64,000 bases of DNA from positions 490,676-554,675 of the forward strand of contig NW_003314364.1 in NCBI RefSeq assembly GCF_000143415.4. The letters are read 5' to 3'. Shown one piece after another: positions 59,714-64,000 of this stretch. Source of the DNA: Selaginella moellendorffii (Eukaryota; Plantae; Lycopodiophyta). The notes under the pieces are model-generated. The model was given only the letters and a program-made list of their open reading frames with translations, was not told where the DNA came from and searched no databases. Positions within the stretch are counted from its first letter, which is position 1, and each line of letters begins with the position of its first letter. A program made the position numbers and the translations under genes.

Positions 59714-61878
59714 ATGGAGCTTAAAACTTTGATGTCGGTGGTCTTACTGCTACTAGCAATGATCCGAATAGCAGTTTCTTGGGCTGATAAAAACAGCCTA
59801 CAAGATGCAATGGCGCTTATGGAATTTAAGTCGACTGTCTGGTACGATCCACTAAATACTTTCGCGACATGGCAGGCCACTGGGGTACTAGGCGAGCACC
59901 CATGTAACTTTAAGGGCGTCGAATGTGATATGCGTCGCATGAGGATAAAGTATGTAGATATCTCGGGATGCCAGCTGCGAGGGATTGTTCCTTCAGTACT
60001 CGGTAACATAACGCTGGCTTGGGGATTTAACCTTAGTCACAATGAGTTTATTGGGACAATTCCTAGAGGCTTTGGAAGGATGCCAAATCTTAAATATCTC
60101 GACCTGAGCAACAACTTTCTCACGGGTAAGTTTACTGTTTTATTTATTTATTTATTTATTTGTTGTATTTTCGTTATTGTTTTAAGTTCATTATTAAGTA
60201 GTTTCTACGTTGGATCTGCAATTGTGCTTTTTCTCGTCTTTCAGTCTACTTCTTGCAATAGCTTCTTGTTGTTGTTGTTGTTTCAGGGTTTATGCCAACC
60301 GATCTTGCCAAGCTGCAGTTTTTAAACTTCTACAGCCTCGCAAATAATCAGCTTACGGGCTTCCTTGGCTTCCTCAACATGTCGAGTCTTAGACGTCTCG
60401 ATCTGTCTAACAACAGTTTTAGGGGACCCGTTCCAGAAAGTTATGGTACATTACTGCCTAACCTCACCCAATTAGATTTGTCAAGGAATAAGCTCACCGG
60501 TCCGATACCCAAATCACTTGGATATTTAGATGACCTTCGCAGGCTTGACCTCTCTCGCAACTTGCTTACCGGCAACATTCCTTACTCGCTCGCTATGGCA
60601 ACAGGACTTAATATGCTCAGACTAAAGTATAACTTTCTTACAGGGAGAGTTCCAGACACTGACACCATGCGCTTGTTTGCAAAAGCCTTTTTCCCTGGAA
60701 ATGATGGACTCTGTGGACCAGTGGTAGAAAGAGCATGTCCAAGCTCGCAGGTCTGGAAGCAAGTCCTTATGGGACTGTTTCTTCCTCCACTAATACTTTC
60801 AGTCCTTACTGGAGTAGTGTATTTGGTGGCTCCTCCGGACGAGTTCTCACTTTCAACTATCAGGAGCGTTACAGATAACTTTAACAACAATAAGATTCTC
60901 GGTGATGGAGGTCTGTGCACGATTTACAAAGGCGTCTTTCTAAATGGTAAGACAGTAGCTGTAAAGCGGCTCCGGCCTGAGTATTACAATGACAACAACA
61001 AGATCTTCGACGAGGAACGTAGGTTTTTGAAAGCCGTGAATCATCCAAACATTGTCAAGTACCTTGGAGCGTGTTCCAGTCCAAAGCTTAAGGTCTTGGT
61101 CTACGAGCATATGGCCAATGGAACCTTGGATATGCACTTACACAAGGAAAGAGGAGGCCTGTCAAGCTTGTCATGGAGTTCACGAATGAATATCGCTGCT
61201 GGAGTGGCACAGGGGTTGGCGTATTTGCATGGTGAGTGGAATGAGCCTCAAGCCATGCATTGTGATCTTAGAGGAAGGAGTGTTCTTCTCGATGATAAGT
61301 TCAATGCACACATTAGTGATATCCGTTCGAAAAACACAAGCCTAGCATTCACTAATCCAGAGAAAAGCATTGGAACATCAACTGGCTATCTGCCTCCAGG
61401 TGGACACACTTTCATTTTCTCTTGTTTCTTTTTACTCCTTTTTTCTCATTTATGTATCACGGATGGAGCAGAGTATGCTACAGACATTGAGCCTACTACC
61501 GAGGGAGAAGTTTTCAGCTTTGGTACTTTACTTATGGAGCTCTTGACAGGGACAGAACCAGCAGCTCCAGTAGAAAATGATGTTGAAGGTGGCCTTCAAG
61601 GAATTATGGAACAAGCTTTCCCCGATAATCTCCAGTCTGTACTTGACCCAGCTATTATGGGTAGAGCCTCCTATGATCAAATTGTCTTGTGTACAAAGAT
61701 AGCTTTAGAGTGCACCAAGGCAAATCCCGAGGAAAGACCAAAGATGGAGGATGTTCTTAGGATGTTTGAGCAAGCGTACTCTGTCGGCCCAGCGTATGCT
61801 TCTGCTTTTACTATTTTTAGTAATATATGCTCTTCACATAATACAGACCTGCGCCTTCTACTGCTTCAACACTGCTGA
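59714..61878 (+). CDS. LRR receptor-like kinase with an atypical (probably catalytically impaired) kinase domain
   Basis: Signal peptide, LRRNT (W..HPCNFKGVEC), plant LRRs LxxLDLSxNxLTGxIP, GNDGLCG cap, transmembrane helix, kinase LGDGG..VAVK..HCD. Introns at about 60126-60287 and 61400-61469. The 3' end is approximate. Confidence 0.9.
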
Positions 61879-63794
61879 AATCGACAGAGACGTCGAGGCT
61901 ACTTGGATGGCCAACTGTTTGGGGCAGTCTCACAAAAAATGTCCTTGGAATCAAATCATTTTTACATTCAGCCATTCATTGATAGAATATTCAGATTTTT
62001 GGTATGCATCTCCTTCATAAACAGTCTAGGCAGAAGGCAACAGTTTTCTGCACCAGGGACTCCACAATGGCAATCACGGTATTATTTTCCTAACATTTGT
62101 TAAATAGAATTACTTTGGGTTATAACCTGAAAAGTTCCATCTTTGAGCATGAGCTAGAGCGATGTGAATAGATCCAGAGGCATTGAGTTCACACCACTCT
62201 AGCTCATGCCCAACCTTTTCACTTAGAGGCAGCAGGCAGCAAAGAAAGGAATCGACTCAAATCGTTTGTGGCCAGAATGATGCCAGGTATATATTATTCT
62301 CACTGTGCTGCAATAGCATGTACTTGTTATGGTCAAACGCCCCAGGCTCTAACTAGGTTTATCTAGAGCAAAGATGTCAAGACAAATGCCAAGTGGCAGC
62401 AGGCTGCTGATATGTAAACAAGAAAATGAAGGGAAACAAGGAAATGTACAAAGAGAAAATATAAAAAGAAATTGATGCAAAGAAAAATAAAGGAGAAAGT
62501 CGTCAGAACAACAGAGAACCAAACCTGAACTCTAGTCTCAGGAACTGTGGATCGTGTTATAGTACAGTCGCTAGTCCAACCTCAAGAATTTTGTCAAGAG
62601 GGGAAAAAGAGAAAGCCATTACCTTGTGGTGGAACAGCAGTGGATGGTGCAAATGGTAAAAAATGTTGCTAGTTGGTGGAATGATGGATGAGGGGCTAGA
62701 GTGTGATTGTTTCCTTCCATTTTTCCTTCAAGAATGTGAAGATTAGTGTATGATTGTGATGTTATGGTGATGACTTGGCATGTTGATAGTGTTGGCGACA
62801 TTGTTCTTGTTGAGCTAGAAGAGTTTTGCTAAACGCTACCTTTTTGGGATACATTGCTGCATACTGGCTCTTCTTTCTTGTCCTGTCTTGTTGAAAATAG
62901 TGTTATGGTTTGGCACAGGCAGCAAACTGAAGGCCATTGGCGGTTGATGTAATAATGACTCACTATTGCCAACATTGCCACAAACATACCCTTTCAGTTG
63001 TTTTCTATGAAATAAGTCTAAATTTAAATTGTCTAGAATGGTCTAGGTGGTCTAGAATTGGCTGCTCACAGGAAGCCGTTGCCAAACAGCAGATCAAGAC
63101 ACGTTTTTCTTTCTTTACCATTTGTATAACGCTTGCTATAAAAAAAGGAACACAATGCCTTTCGCTTGAACCTCAATGATAGTACAACTATACAATCTCT
63201 TTCATTGCCTTGAAAGGAGCTCTTGCTCAAAGCCTCCAGCAATTTATCCACTGCTCACGCTGTCTTTCTAGAAAGCTCCAGAGCTCATACAATATGCTAA
63301 AAATTATTGAGCTCCTAAAAATTGAAGAAAAATCAATGCCAGATTGCTGTACATTTTACTGGTCGAACGAAAACGTCAAGGCAATGGAAACATAATTCTG
63401 ACACTTAGAAAATGTAATAACTTGAAGAAAGAAAAAGCATAGAATTCCGGCTTTAACAAAGGAAAGTGTGTGGGAAGAGGCTAGTTTCCTATATGTGCTT
63501 AATTTCCTATGTTAGTCCCTTGACGTTGTATTTGTGGCATGGTTGTGGCACATTACAGAGATTATTTAAGCTGTAGAAGTTCTGTAGCTAAATCTCTTTC
63601 ATTTCCTCAAAGCAGACAAGACTCTGGTGAAATTCAAATGTCCATGGCCCTTGTGATCGCACTCTTTTGGATTCCCATGGTGAATTAATGTTGCTGCTTG
63701 ATGAGGTTACCAGTGTGCTGGATGCAGCTGAACACTCCCGCTCTGGACTTGAACGATCTACTGGTTGCAAACGAAGCTCAATACCTAAGGGATC

Positions 63795-64000
63795 AAAACC
63801 CAACCTCCATATATGCATCTACAAACAGCATCACCCAAGATACTTAGTGTGACTCCCCACTCTAGTGCACCAATTTATATTTAAAGCACGCTACGGATCA
63901 TAGCTTAGAAATATAGTTCCTCCAAATTGCCAAGTCCTTTCACTTGACAAGTCTTTAATCATGTATGGACTCCTCCATGCTTGGCCCCATAGGCCACCTC
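63795..64000 (-). mobile_element. Fragment of the family-A internal region (runs off the window)
   Basis: Homologous to 37295-37495 (aacccaacctccatatatgcatctac...atggactcctccatgct). Confidence 0.75.

Noticed and set aside
62000-63790. Short ORFs downstream of the LRR-RLK
   Set aside because: No recognisable domains or consistent exon structure.

Overview
Eukaryotic plant genomic DNA with very short introns and compact gene spacing. This is consistent with the lycophyte Selaginella, but that is an inference. Bases 1-8.5 kb hold four tightly packed host genes: a coiled-coil protein, a plastid CYP20-3-type cyclophilin, golgin GC5/TMF and an unknown IQ-motif protein. An LRR receptor-like pseudokinase lies at 59.7-61.9 kb. 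Almost everything between is nested transposons. The main discovery is a giant TIR DNA transposon at 14823-42240, with 24-bp perfect TIRs, a 4-bp GAAA target-site duplication (TSD) and a core of about 13.2 kb. It encodes a ~1020-aa Sola-like/DUF7869-type DDE transposase. It also encodes a divergently transcribed, intron-containing cargo gene with a ParB/Srx-like domain, a degenerate amino-methyltransferase-like region and an FCP1-like HAD domain. About 25 copies of a 22-bp palindrome (ATGGCRTG-N6-CAYGCCAT) are spread through its introns, UTRs and coding exons, and I saw none outside it. Two different LTR retrotransposons have each inserted into a copy of this palindrome: a self-priming Tcn1/Tf1-like chromovirus and a non-coding minisatellite-LTR element. 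Both genes of the DNA transposon carry inactivating point lesions in this copy. Domain assignments come from motif recognition by eye, not database searches.
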